Source: an uncultured Chloroflexia bacterium
GTDB lineage: Bacteria; Chloroflexota; Limnocylindria; Limnocylindrales; CSP1-4
DNA: 64,000 nt
NCBI GenBank assembly: GCA_963711105.1
Contig: CAVQCV010000005.1
Coordinates: 833,092-897,091, forward strand
Reading direction: 5' to 3'
Part shown: piece after piece, positions 28,513 through 37,783 of the stretch
How positions within the stretch are numbered: position 1 is the first letter of the stretch
Layout: every line of letters begins with the position of its first letter
Translations under genes and position numbers: made by a program
Notes under the pieces: generated by a model
Seen by the model: only the letters and a program-made list of their open reading frames with translations
What the model was told of the DNA's origin: nothing
Databases searched by the model: none

Positions 28513-29474
28513 GGCCGGGCGACGAGTTCCTGGCCACCGGCGGACGCCTTTCGCAATCGGGCCGCGACCTGAGCTCTCGTGGGCACTCCCGCGAGGCCCC
28601 GGTCCTCGACTACGCAGGAGGCGGCGCCCGCGGCGAAACGAAGCGCCCGCGCTGTGGCCAGCTCCCCGGTGAGCGACCACGCGGCGATGAGCCCGGCCAG
28701 GAACGTGTCGCCGGCCCCGGTCGGGTCGGCCACGCCGTGCGCGGCCGGCACCGCCCGGTAGCGCCGGGCCACGTCGCCGCGGAAAGCCGTTCCGCCGTTC
28801 TCCCCCGCGGTCAAGATCAGCGTTGCCGCCGGCGCCAGGCCGCGCAGCACCCCCAGTTCCGCGTCGCGCGGCAGGTCGTCGACGCTCGCGCACAAGACAT
28901 CGGCGCGACGCAGCAGCGCCGAAGGCGCCGGTGCCACAGGCCAGACCCAGCCGTCGTCGCGGAACTCGCGCAGCATGCCCTGCCAGCCCACGGCGGTCAG
29001 CGCGGCGATTCCATCCCCGTCGGCGCTCCCGGGCACCGCCGCCCACTCCTGCCCTACTTCGCCGGCCACCGGCACGAGGAGCCAAACACGCGCGCCGCGC
29101 CACTCGTGGGGCAGGGCCGACGCGGCCACCGCGTCGCTTCTGGAAAGCCAGCGCTGCCGGCGATGCCCGTCTCGCTCGACGTTTTCGAACACCGGGCCGT
29201 TCTCCAGTGGGGCCAGCCGCAGCAGAACGCCCGCCTCGCGCAGGAGGTCCAGCTCCGCCGCCCCGGCCGCCTCGGAATCGACTCCGAGCAGGCAGCCGAC
29301 ACGCAACCCCAGCCGGCCCAGGGCCAGGGAGCAGTAGGCCGCGGAGCCTCCGAGCCGCCAGCCGCGGGGGTCGTCGGGCGCGACATCTCGGGAGGCCGCG
29401 CCAACCGCCACGACGTCCGGCCCTCCGTCCGGACCGGAACGGGCCTCGTCGTATACTCGAACAGCTTCCGACAT
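28509..29474 (-). CDS. PfkB-family carbohydrate/ribokinase-like kinase
   Basis: The N-terminal motif is VVAVGAASRDV. The C-terminal PfkB signature is DPTGAGDTFLAGLIAAW. Confidence 0.8.
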   Translation of the reverse strand: MSEAVRVYDEARSGPDGGPDVVAVGAASRDVAPDDPRGWRLGGSAAYCSLALGRLGLRVGCLLGVDSEAAGAAELDLLREAGVLLRLAPLENGPVFENVERDGHRRQRWLSRSDAVAASALPHEWRGARVWLLVPVAGEVGQEWAAVPGSADGDGIAALTAVGWQGMLREFRDDGWVWPVAPAPSALLRRADVLCASVDDLPRDAELGVLRGLAPAATLILTAGENGGTAFRGDVARRYRAVPAAHGVADPTGAGDTFLAGLIAAWSLTGELATARALRFAAGAASCVVEDRGLAGVPTRAQVAARLRKASAGGQELVARP

Positions 29475-29497
29475 TCGCTTCTTCCTGGAGATGATCC

Positions 29498-29842
29498 GTG
29501 TTCTTCTACGAGCTTCGCGAGGGCGACGACGCCATCTTCTCCGACCTGCTCCTGACCCGTGAAGAGGAGATGGACGCGGATGAGTTCTTCGAGGTCGTCC
29601 AGTCGATCCGCCACCGAATCCAGGACTCCTACGAGGAGGAAACGCTGATCGAGGCCATCGCCGACGTGTTGGAGCGCGAGTACGAGTTCATCCCGATCCT
29701 GGACGATCGCCTTTCGGCATCCGTGAACGTATCCAAGAACGAAGACGACAACTACCTGGCGGACCTCGATACCGAAAACGAAGACGGCCCCGACTACCGC
29801 GGCGTCTTCGTAGACCTGCCGGGCGACCCCCGACCGCACTGA
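29498..29842 (+). CDS. Small, strongly acidic hypothetical protein (114 aa, GTG start)
   Basis: The ORF is rich in D/E (EEEMDADEFFEVV, NEDDNYLADLDTENEDGPDY), has no TM and no recognisable motif. It sits in the divergent gap between pfkB and ychF. Confidence 0.45.
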   Translation: MFFYELREGDDAIFSDLLLTREEEMDADEFFEVVQSIRHRIQDSYEEETLIEAIADVLEREYEFIPILDDRLSASVNVSKNEDDNYLADLDTENEDGPDYRGVFVDLPGDPRPH

Positions 29843-29895
29843 CGGCCCGACGGTCGGCGCGCCGCCGGCCTTGCCGTCCGCACCCCGCCCCCGGG

Positions 29896-30999
29896 TTACT
29901 TGCTGAAGAGGATTTCCATGACGTCGCCGTCGTGGACGAGGTACGTCTTGCCTTCCGAGCGCAGTTTGCCGTGCTTTCGGGCCTCCGCGTTCGAGCGCAA
30001 CTCCAGCAGATCCTCGTAGGGCACGACCTCGGCGCGGATGAAACCGCGAGCCAGGTCCGTGTGAATCGCGCCGGCCGCGTCCACCGCGGACGAACCGTCC
30101 GGGATCGGCCAGGCTCTGACTTCGTCCGGCCCGGCGGTCAGGAACGAGATCAGACCCAGGAGCTTGTAGCTGAGCTTGATGACCCGGTCCAGGCTCGACT
30201 CGGCCAGGCCAAGTTCGTCCATGAAGACGGCCGCCTCTTCGGGTTCGAGCTCGCCCAGCTCCATCTCGATCTTCGCCGACAGCGCATCCACCAGAGTGTG
30301 TCCGTGCTTGTACCGGTCCGCGACGGAAGCGACGATCTCGGCTTCTCGCGGCAGGTCCCCCTCGCCGACGTTGAGCAGGACCAGCACCGGCTTCTGAGTC
30401 AGGAACCGGAAACCGCGGATGACCTTCTCCTCTTCCGGGTCGATGTCCAGGTCGCGCAACGGAGTTCCGTCCGTGAGGGGCCCGTGGAGCCTCTCGAGAA
30501 GCGCGAGTTCCCTGTCGTTGGCATCGCGCTCGGCCGGCGTGCCGTGGTGGCCGCTCTGCTTGAGGCGCTCGATCCGCTTCTCCATGACCGAAAGATCGGC
30601 CAGCGTGAACTCCAGGTCCAAACGTTCGACATCTCGCCAGGCGTCGACCGATCCGTCCGGGTGCGGCACGGCGGCGTCCTCGAAGGCGCGCACAACGTGC
30701 AACAGGGCGTCGGCCTCACGAAGCTTGGCCAGCTGGTCGGGCGGCAACTCCTCGGTGCCGGAGCGACCTTCGGCCGCGACCGGTGGCGCGGGCATGTCGA
30801 AGTAGGTCACGTCGGCCTGGACGATCTTCTTGGGCTTGAAGATCTCGGCCAGCCTGTCGAGCCGCTCGTCGGGCACCTTGACCGTGCCCACGTGCAACTC
30901 CATGCCGCCGTAGCCGCCGGTCTGGACGTGGCCCCGGGTGAGGGTGTTGAAGACTGTCGTCTTGCCTGAACCGGCCAGCCCGACGATGGCGATCCGCAT
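29896..30999 (-). CDS. ychF: Ribosome-binding ATPase YchF (Obg-family GTPase fold with TGS domain)
   Basis: The G1 motif IVGLAGSGKTTVFNTLT is followed by a coiled-coil insertion. A C-terminal TGS domain (GFIRAEVV...GDVMEILF) is present. Confidence 0.88.
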   Translation of the reverse strand: MRIAIVGLAGSGKTTVFNTLTRGHVQTGGYGGMELHVGTVKVPDERLDRLAEIFKPKKIVQADVTYFDMPAPPVAAEGRSGTEELPPDQLAKLREADALLHVVRAFEDAAVPHPDGSVDAWRDVERLDLEFTLADLSVMEKRIERLKQSGHHGTPAERDANDRELALLERLHGPLTDGTPLRDLDIDPEEEKVIRGFRFLTQKPVLVLLNVGEGDLPREAEIVASVADRYKHGHTLVDALSAKIEMELGELEPEEAAVFMDELGLAESSLDRVIKLSYKLLGLISFLTAGPDEVRAWPIPDGSSAVDAAGAIHTDLARGFIRAEVVPYEDLLELRSNAEARKHGKLRSEGKTYLVHDGDVMEILFSK

Positions 31000-31117
31000 C
31001 CGCTACTGCTCTCCTCAGTGACGTTGAGGCACCAATGCTAGTCGCTCGACCGACCGATCGGTCCGCGGGGACGGGTTGGCCACCGGCAACCGTTTCGCCG
31101 GTACCCGACCCTCCGGC

Positions 31118-32152
31118 TCAGTATCCGGCCGCCGCATCCACTACGTGCGCGAGCGGGGCGCCCTGGCGGTACAGGCGCAGGTTGTCGCAGAACACGTCGA
31201 GCGTCCGGCCCAGAACGGCCTCGCTCCACCAGCTCGTGTGCGGCGTGACGATGCAGTTGGGGTAGCGGTAGAGCGGCGAGGTCTCCGAGAGGGGCTCGTT
31301 GCGGAGCGCGTCCAGGACCGCCCCGCCGATTGGCCCGTCGCGCAAGCTCCGGGCCAGCGCTCGCTCATCGACGAGGCCGCCGCGGGCGACGTTGATCAGC
31401 CAGCTGCCCGGCTTCGCTTCGCACAGGATCTCTTCGGTCACGACGCCGTCCGTTTCGGCGGTCAGGGGCAGGCCCAGCACGACGAAGTCCGATCGAGCGA
31501 AGAGCGCCGGCAGGGCCTCGAGGCCGCCGATGACCTCTACTCCGGCAGGCGTGTCCGAAGCACCCGCCCGGCGCCGGATGGCCAGCAGCTTCGGACCGAA
31601 CGGCGCGGCCAGCCGGGCGACCTCACGGTTGATCCCGCCGAGACCGGCCAGACCGACGGTCATGTCTCCCAATTCGTCGGCGATCATCGGCTGCCACGTC
31701 CGTTCCCGTTGCAGCTCCAGCAGCTGCGGCAGCCGCCGGCACACGGCCAGCATCATCGTCATCACGTACTCGCCGATGGGCCGATCGAAGACCCCGCGGC
31801 CGTTGGTGATCGTCGCGCCCCGCAGCAGGACGACCGGGGACAGGACCGATTCCACGCCGACGGAGACGGAGTGGATCCAGCGCAGCTTCGGCAGGCGTCC
31901 GACCAGCCTGTCCAGCCCGTCCCCGCCGAGCGACCAGCCCCGCAGCAGAACCTCCACCTCGTCGAGCGGCTCGTCCGCGAAACCCTCGGCCGAAACGGGG
32001 ATCAGGCGGGATCCGGGCGCCGCGGCCAGGATCTGGTCGCGCATGGAGGCGAACACGTCGCGGCCCGTCAGGACCGGGCTGATGGCGATGGCCCGAGGGG
32101 AGCCTCCGGGACCGTGACCCGGCCCGGCCACCGCCGGCCTCTGCTCGTTCAT
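31118..32152 (-). CDS. D-isomer-specific 2-hydroxyacid dehydrogenase family protein
   Basis: The NAD-binding site is VGLAGLGGINREVARL. The catalytic residues are in VARGGLVD...TPHTSWWS. Confidence 0.8.
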   Translation of the reverse strand: MNEQRPAVAGPGHGPGGSPRAIAISPVLTGRDVFASMRDQILAAAPGSRLIPVSAEGFADEPLDEVEVLLRGWSLGGDGLDRLVGRLPKLRWIHSVSVGVESVLSPVVLLRGATITNGRGVFDRPIGEYVMTMMLAVCRRLPQLLELQRERTWQPMIADELGDMTVGLAGLGGINREVARLAAPFGPKLLAIRRRAGASDTPAGVEVIGGLEALPALFARSDFVVLGLPLTAETDGVVTEEILCEAKPGSWLINVARGGLVDERALARSLRDGPIGGAVLDALRNEPLSETSPLYRYPNCIVTPHTSWWSEAVLGRTLDVFCDNLRLYRQGAPLAHVVDAAAGY

Positions 32153-32244
32153 CCTGCTCCTCCTGGGCCCGGCTACCCGCGGGCGGCCGAACCGGCTCCT
32201 GCGGCCGATCGGGCTCGCGCGCCCGAGCCGTCCGCCGAATCATC

Positions 32245-33534
32245 TCAGGGTTGGGGGGCCGGCATCACTCGATCCAGCCACAAATCCGGGCTCGATATCT
32301 CGTCGGGGCGCGGCAGCGTCTCAGGTCCCTCCCACAGCTTCGTCAGCGCAGCCGGCCCTCGGGCGCGGGCAACTGCGGCCACGAACGCTTCGCCCTGCTT
32401 GTACTGCTCCATCTTCAGGTCCAGGCCCGTGATCCGCATCACGGCGCGATCGGCGCCGGATCGCTGCTCCCGCCGGGCGTGGAAGCGCTCGCTGATCGTC
32501 TCGACGTCGTATACCAGGCCCGCTCCCACCTCGGTCATGACGTAGTCGCCGAACCCTTCGAGCAGGCTCATGATGGCCTGGATCTCCCGGAAATCACGGC
32601 GCTGGTCCTCGCTCATGAGCCCCTCCATCCAGTGCTCGCCGCGGCCCGAGCCCCGCAACGAGGCGCCGATGCGGGACAGGACGTCGCGGCTCAGGAGAGC
32701 CGAACCGTGCGAGAGGGATTCGAGCTGGCGCTCGATTTTGCCCGCCAGGTAAGGCCGCAGCCACAGATGCGCTTCGAACTCGAAGGCGTGGGTCGTCTCG
32801 TGGAGGGCGATCCAGGTCCGGAACGGGTTGAGCGGCACCCCCAGGTTCGCGGCCACGAGGCGGATGTTCTCGTCGACGAACATGAGGGAACCCGGCTCCG
32901 ACTCGGCCGAGAGAATGGCCAGGTCGTACTGGCCCAGGACGCGCCGGCCCAGGAAGCCGAGCAGGTAGGCGAACTGGCGCGTCGTCGCCGCCCGGTTGAG
33001 TATCGCCACCGAGGCCCGCATGAACCCCGCGCCCGGCGGGACGACCTCGTCGAGGAGCTCGCCTTCGATCTTGCCCATGAGCCGGGCGAAGGTCGACACG
33101 TTGGCGTGGACCCACTCCGACCGGGACACGACCGCGGACCGCTCCACGATGCCCGGCAGTTCGCAACTCAATGCCTCGCCGAGAGCCGGCACGACCTCCC
33201 GCATAGCCGCGGCGTAGACGGGCTCGACGGCACGCAGTTCGTCCGGAGGGAGCGTGCCGGGCGAGTTGCGGACCCGATCCGCGGCCATGCGCTCGGTGGC
33301 CCGCCAGTCCACGAGGCCGCGGCGCGCCGAACGCTCCAGGCGACGCGTGGCGACGGTCGCGGCGGCTCCGACGGCGGCACCGAGGAGCAGCCCCGCCTGG
33401 AGAAACGCGTCGCTCCGCCAGCTCCGGCGCGGCCCGTTACCCCGACGCTCTGAGCCACTCTCTTGCGGGGCGCCGGCGGACGTGCGCCGGTGATCTCCCG
33501 CAGGGTCGCCGCCCCGGCCCGGCCGGCCGGTCAT
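32245..33534 (-). CDS. Zincin-like metallopeptidase (PF10103/DUF2342 family putative hydrolase); start assigned to the ATG abutting the murI stop
   Basis: An HExxH motif occurs in WIALHETTHAFEFEAHLW. Family-typical YLLGFLGRRVLGQYD, FVDENIRLV and a C-terminal helical domain are present. The long R/G-rich N-terminal part of the ORF is likely untranslated. Confidence 0.65.
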   Translation of the reverse strand: MTGRPGRGGDPAGDHRRTSAGAPQESGSERRGNGPRRSWRSDAFLQAGLLLGAAVGAAATVATRRLERSARRGLVDWRATERMAADRVRNSPGTLPPDELRAVEPVYAAAMREVVPALGEALSCELPGIVERSAVVSRSEWVHANVSTFARLMGKIEGELLDEVVPPGAGFMRASVAILNRAATTRQFAYLLGFLGRRVLGQYDLAILSAESEPGSLMFVDENIRLVAANLGVPLNPFRTWIALHETTHAFEFEAHLWLRPYLAGKIERQLESLSHGSALLSRDVLSRIGASLRGSGRGEHWMEGLMSEDQRRDFREIQAIMSLLEGFGDYVMTEVGAGLVYDVETISERFHARREQRSGADRAVMRITGLDLKMEQYKQGEAFVAAVARARGPAALTKLWEGPETLPRPDEISSPDLWLDRVMPAPQP

Positions 33535-34487
33535 GGCCGCTCGACCCGGCCCGCCTCGGCCGCCTTCGGCGGCGATACCGCCGCGAGACCGATGCCTTCG
33601 ATCTCCGGGAACTCCTGCCCGAACATCCGCTCGGCGACGGTCCGGAACGCAGTCACGTCGCCCGTGGTCATCTGGCGGTGAGTGGCCGTCAGCAAGCCCT
33701 CTTCCGGCGGCTCGTGGCCGGCCATGCCCGCGTCCGCGGCGGTGCCGCGGCTCGTGCCCGGCGCTTCCAGCCCGTTGACGGACAGCAGTTCCGCGAGAGA
33801 CGAGGCCGTGGCCGTGGCCGAGTCGACGATGGCCACAGAGTCGCCGACGCACTGGCGGAGCGCGCCCGCGAGCAGCGGATAGTGGGTACACCCGAGCAGC
33901 AGAGTGTCGATTCGGGCCGACGGCGGCAGCGGGAAGATGAACTCGCCGTCCGCGTCCCGCTCCCCGAGCAGAGGTCCGACGGCCTCGCGAATGGCCGCTT
34001 CAACCTCAGGCCCCGCAACCCGACCGGCCTCGACCAGAGGCACCAGGGACGGCGTGGCGTGCTCGTACACCTCGACGGCCGGGTTTTCGTCCTTGATGGC
34101 ATTGAAGTAGGCGCGGGATCTGACCGTTGCCGGAGTGGCGATCACGCCGACTCGCCGCGTCCGGGTGGCCAGCGCGGCCGCGGCAGCTCCCGGCCGAACC
34201 ACGCCCAGAACCGGCAGGTCGTAGCGGCGACGAAAGTCCCCCAACGCGACGGACGTGGAGGTGTTGCAGGCCACCACGAGCGCTTTCACGTCGCGCGCCA
34301 CCAATGTGTCCAGGCACTGGATGCTGAAGCGCCGGACCTCATCGTCCGTCCGGGTGCCGTACGGTGCGCGGGCATTGTCGCCCAGGTAGATGGTCGATTC
34401 AGCCGGCAGCCGGCGCAAGATCTCGCGCAGGACCGTCAGGCCGCCGACACCGGAGTCGAAAACGCCTATAGGTCGAGAGTCGGACAC
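33531..34487 (-). CDS. murI: Glutamate racemase
   Basis: The sequence IGVFDSGVGGLTVLREI...YLGDNARAPYG...LVVACNTST...LLGCTHYPLL matches MurI. Confidence 0.9.
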   Translation of the reverse strand: MSDSRPIGVFDSGVGGLTVLREILRRLPAESTIYLGDNARAPYGTRTDDEVRRFSIQCLDTLVARDVKALVVACNTSTSVALGDFRRRYDLPVLGVVRPGAAAAALATRTRRVGVIATPATVRSRAYFNAIKDENPAVEVYEHATPSLVPLVEAGRVAGPEVEAAIREAVGPLLGERDADGEFIFPLPPSARIDTLLLGCTHYPLLAGALRQCVGDSVAIVDSATATASSLAELLSVNGLEAPGTSRGTAADAGMAGHEPPEEGLLTATHRQMTTGDVTAFRTVAERMFGQEFPEIEGIGLAAVSPPKAAEAGRVERP

Positions 34488-34491
34488 CTGA

Positions 34492-35634
34492 TCAGTGTCT
34501 CACCGCTGCCCCCGCCGCGCGTCCGGCGAGGACGCTCGCCACACGGCGCACGTCTCGGCTGACAGCCGCCTCAGGGCTGGCGATGACGAAAGGCATCCCT
34601 TCGTTGTTGGCCTGGATCACGAGGCGGCCGTCGGACACGACCTCGAAGTCAGGTTTGCGCCCCAGGGCCCGCACCAGATCGTCGCGGCCGATGCCGCCGG
34701 TGGAGTCGGCCCGGTTGACCAGGTAGTGGACCTTCTCGGCGGTGTAGCCGATCGAGGCGAACGCGTCGCCGACGGCGATGCAGTTGTGGATCGTGGTCCA
34801 GTCGTAGGTCACCACCGACAGGATCACATCACAGGCATCGAGGAAAGCGAGGGTCATCTCGGATAGCGACGTAGGCGTGTCGATCACGACGGCCTGATAC
34901 AGCCGGCGCAGGATGCTGAGGGTCTTCTCGACGTCACGGGGCGTGACCATCTCCGCCATCTCGACACGCGGCGGGGCCAGAAGAATGTCGATGCCGGATG
35001 GGTCGCGCCACATGACTTCCCGCAGGTCCAATTCCTGGACGCGGTCGGTCGGCAGGTCCAGGATCGACGGTACGTCGCCTGGGACCTTGAGCAGGGCTCG
35101 CAGGTCGCCGTACTGGAGACTGCCGTCGATGAGGGCCGTCGCCACCCCGAGCTGCCCCAGCGACACGGCCAGGTTGAAGGCCAGTGTGGTCTTGCCTACG
35201 CCGCCCTTGGGCGAGAAGACCGAGATCACCCGGCACTGGCCTGCGGCACGGGCCTGACGGTCGGCCATCACGTGAGCGAGCGTGTTGACCAGCTCGAACC
35301 CGCTGAACGGCAGGGTCAGAACCGCGTCGATGCCGCGGGCGGGGTCCCGGGCCAGCGGATGCTGCGGCACGGTGAGGACCACGACAGGAATGTCGAGCCC
35401 CGAATCGCGCAGCTTCTCGATCAGTTGCGGGCCCTTGAGCTTACCCTGAAGCAGCAGGTCGATCAGGACGACATCCGGCCGGAGCTGCTGGGCGGCCTCG
35501 ACCACCTTCGAGCCGTCGGTGAAGACATCCAGCAGCTTCACCTGAGATTGGATGCTCAACAGGTTGCGGACATGCTGGCTCACCTGTGGAACGTCTTCCA
35601 CGACGAGCAGTCGGATTGAGGTGGTGTTAGCCAC
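34492..35634 (-). CDS. Response-regulator receiver domain fused to a ParA/MinD-type ATPase (CpaE/TadZ-like), paralog 2
   Basis: The REC domain reads IRLLVVEDVPQVSQHVRNLL...DVVLIDLLLQG...VVVLTVPQ. The deviant Walker A is FSPKGGVGKTTLAFNLAVS, followed by LIDGSLQYGD. The architecture is the same as 5451..6641. Confidence 0.8.
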   Translation of the reverse strand: MANTTSIRLLVVEDVPQVSQHVRNLLSIQSQVKLLDVFTDGSKVVEAAQQLRPDVVLIDLLLQGKLKGPQLIEKLRDSGLDIPVVVLTVPQHPLARDPARGIDAVLTLPFSGFELVNTLAHVMADRQARAAGQCRVISVFSPKGGVGKTTLAFNLAVSLGQLGVATALIDGSLQYGDLRALLKVPGDVPSILDLPTDRVQELDLREVMWRDPSGIDILLAPPRVEMAEMVTPRDVEKTLSILRRLYQAVVIDTPTSLSEMTLAFLDACDVILSVVTYDWTTIHNCIAVGDAFASIGYTAEKVHYLVNRADSTGGIGRDDLVRALGRKPDFEVVSDGRLVIQANNEGMPFVIASPEAAVSRDVRRVASVLAGRAAGAAVRH

Positions 35635-35642
35635 GAAAACGA

Positions 35643-36473
35643 CTATAGCAAGGAAGGGGAGCGAGTCCTCCCCCGCCTACGCGCTACGAGGATGGCCCGT
35701 TCGTCATGGTTGACCAACGGCCTCAGATCGTATGAGCCGGCCACGATCTCGACCATGAGGCCGGCCGATTCCGCCATTTCGGCCAGATCGTCCGGGCGGA
35801 TCAACCTCAGGCTGTCCCGCCGGATCCAGCGCCGGCACGGCTCGCCTGGCTGGCCCTCGTCGTAGATGGCCGTCAAATCGACCGTGTCGAGGGTCGGTTC
35901 GTACTGAGCGGTAGCCATCTTGGCGACGGTGAGTCCCGTTTCCGGATCGATCCGAACATACTCGAGCCCGAGCCGGCCGTCGTAGCGAGCCAGCTCGTCG
36001 GCCGAAGGCAGCCAGACGTCCACGACTGCCACGCCCCCGGGACCGAGATGCCTGGCCATGGTCTTGAACGCCGCCCTCTGGGCTTTGCGGTCGTCGAGCA
36101 GAAGAAGCGAGTTCAGGGCAATGATCGCCAGCCTGTACTCGCCCGCCCCGGGCAGCTCCAAACCGACCAGGTCCGCTTCGACCGGCTTGAGCCTGACGGC
36201 GGCGCCGCGGCCGGGCGAACCTGAGGTCGCCGCGGCATGCTCGCGAAGCCTGGCCAGCGCTGCCGGATCGATATCGACGGCGGTAACGTCGTAGCCGGCC
36301 TCCGCCAGCGGGACAGCGACCCGGCCCGAACCGGCCATCAACTCCAGGACCGGCCCGCCGGTTCTTGCGGCCAGGGCCAGGTACAGGTCCAGGTCACCGG
36401 GGTCCTCCATCACGTCGACGTCATAGAGGCGCGCCAGCGCCGCAGCGGCGCTCAGGGATTCGGCAGCGGTCAT
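35643..36473 (-). CDS. Class I SAM-dependent methyltransferase
   Basis: SAM-binding motif I is VLELMAGSGRVAVPLAEAGYDVTAVDID. Motif II is LAIIALNSL. Confidence 0.75.
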   Translation of the reverse strand: MTAAESLSAAAALARLYDVDVMEDPGDLDLYLALAARTGGPVLELMAGSGRVAVPLAEAGYDVTAVDIDPAALARLREHAAATSGSPGRGAAVRLKPVEADLVGLELPGAGEYRLAIIALNSLLLLDDRKAQRAAFKTMARHLGPGGVAVVDVWLPSADELARYDGRLGLEYVRIDPETGLTVAKMATAQYEPTLDTVDLTAIYDEGQPGEPCRRWIRRDSLRLIRPDDLAEMAESAGLMVEIVAGSYDLRPLVNHDERAILVARRRGRTRSPSLL

Positions 36474-36543
36474 CGGCGTCAGCGTAGCGCCGGCGCGGCA
36501 CCGCCGTGAGCCCGAACCTGCGCCGAAACCACGGCCGGAGGGG

Positions 36544-36918
36544 TCATCGCTCGGCACTCAGGGTCAGCTCGGCCAGGATGACGAGCGCCACGGCGAACAC
36601 GACGATGGGCAGGCTCAACACTCCCTGCACCCGGAGCGCCACCAGGACGGCCACGAGCATGCCCACCCAGGCCCCCCGGCGCATGGCCCGGGCCCAGTCG
36701 CCGCGGAACGCGATCCGGCGGTGCCGGGCGAAAACGGCCAGCCAGAAGAGCGGCACCGAACTGAGCCCGCAGGCGGCGCCGATGGCCCCGGCGCCGAGAA
36801 GCGCATTCGTCGGGCTGTCCTGGGGATAGGTCGTCGTCAGCAATCGCACCACCCCGAGCCAGGCGGCGGCAGCAAGCAACACGAAGAAGTAGTTGACGCT
36901 CCGATCCCGAATCTCCAC
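36544..36918 (-). CDS. Small integral membrane protein (3-4 TM), hypothetical
   Basis: 124-aa ORF with hydrophobic segments FFVLLAAAAWLGVV, GAGAIGAACGL, VGMLVAVLVAL and IVVFAVALVILA. Confidence 0.5.
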   Translation of the reverse strand: MEIRDRSVNYFFVLLAAAAWLGVVRLLTTTYPQDSPTNALLGAGAIGAACGLSSVPLFWLAVFARHRRIAFRGDWARAMRRGAWVGMLVAVLVALRVQGVLSLPIVVFAVALVILAELTLSAER

Positions 36919-36927
36919 GCCGACAGT

Positions 36928-37776
36928 CTAGGGCCGGCGGCGGCTCGCGAGGCCGAGAGCGCGCGGCAGCTCGACGATTCGATCGATGACGAAGTCAGGC
37001 CGCTCCTGCCCGGTCGCGGGCGCAACGGGGAGCGTCGTGCCGGCCGGGCGCAATCGAACCCAGCCCGCTCGCCAGCCAACGCCGCGCGCCCCGCCGACGT
37101 CGGCGCCGAGATCGTCGCCGACGTGCAGGCAACGCGGCCCGGACGTGACGGCCAGAGCCCTGGCGGCGGCGCGGAATATCTCCGGCTGCGGCTTGATCGA
37201 CCCCACGCGTTGGGAGACCACTATCGCCGACAGGCTGGACGCCCAGCCGGCGGCCTCGGCGTAGCGTTCGATGGCCTCGGCGATCGGCCAGTTCGAGAGG
37301 ATCGCCACCTCATACCGAGCGGCGAGCCGCTCCAGCAGCGGCGCGATTTCAAGCGGAACGGGCGTGAGACGGACGAAGGCGTCGCAGTAGGCGTCGACCA
37401 GGCGCGCGACTTCGCTCTCCCCGGCCCGCGCCAGGGCGGCGCCGTCGTCCCAGCGTTCGCCCTGGGCCGGCCCTGCCAGACCGCGGAGCCGGGCGACGAC
37501 CCGGGCGATCCGGACCCAAATATCCGCCTCGCGACCCTCGGGCACGTCTTCATCGAGCTGCCGTTGCCGCTCCTCCGTCCAGACGCGCTCGAACGCGACG
37601 GCCTCGACATGCCACTTCCTCTTGGCGATTTCCGCCACCGCGGCTACCACGTCCCGGCCCGACCCGGCCGGGAACGGAACCAGGGTGTTGCCGAAGTCGA
37701 GCGTGATCGCCTGGATCGTCTGGCCCAGTTCGAAGACGCCCGGCCGGACGTCGTCCTCTTCGTTGCGCCTCATTGC
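36928..37776 (-). CDS. HAD-superfamily hydrolase
   Basis: Motif I is ITLDFGNTL. ILSNW, SIKPQPEIF and HVGDDLGADVGGARGVG (motif IV) follow. The start is probably the internal Met at 37776. Confidence 0.75.
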   Translation of the reverse strand, partial: AMRRNEEDDVRPGVFELGQTIQAITLDFGNTLVPFPAGSGRDVVAAVAEIAKRKWHVEAVAFERVWTEERQRQLDEDVPEGREADIWVRIARVVARLRGLAGPAQGERWDDGAALARAGESEVARLVDAYCDAFVRLTPVPLEIAPLLERLAARYEVAILSNWPIAEAIERYAEAAGWASSLSAIVVSQRVGSIKPQPEIFRAAARALAVTSGPRCLHVGDDLGADVGGARGVGWRAGWVRLRPAGTTLPVAPATGQERPDFVIDRIVELPRALGLASRRRP

Positions 37777-37783
37777 CGGGACC

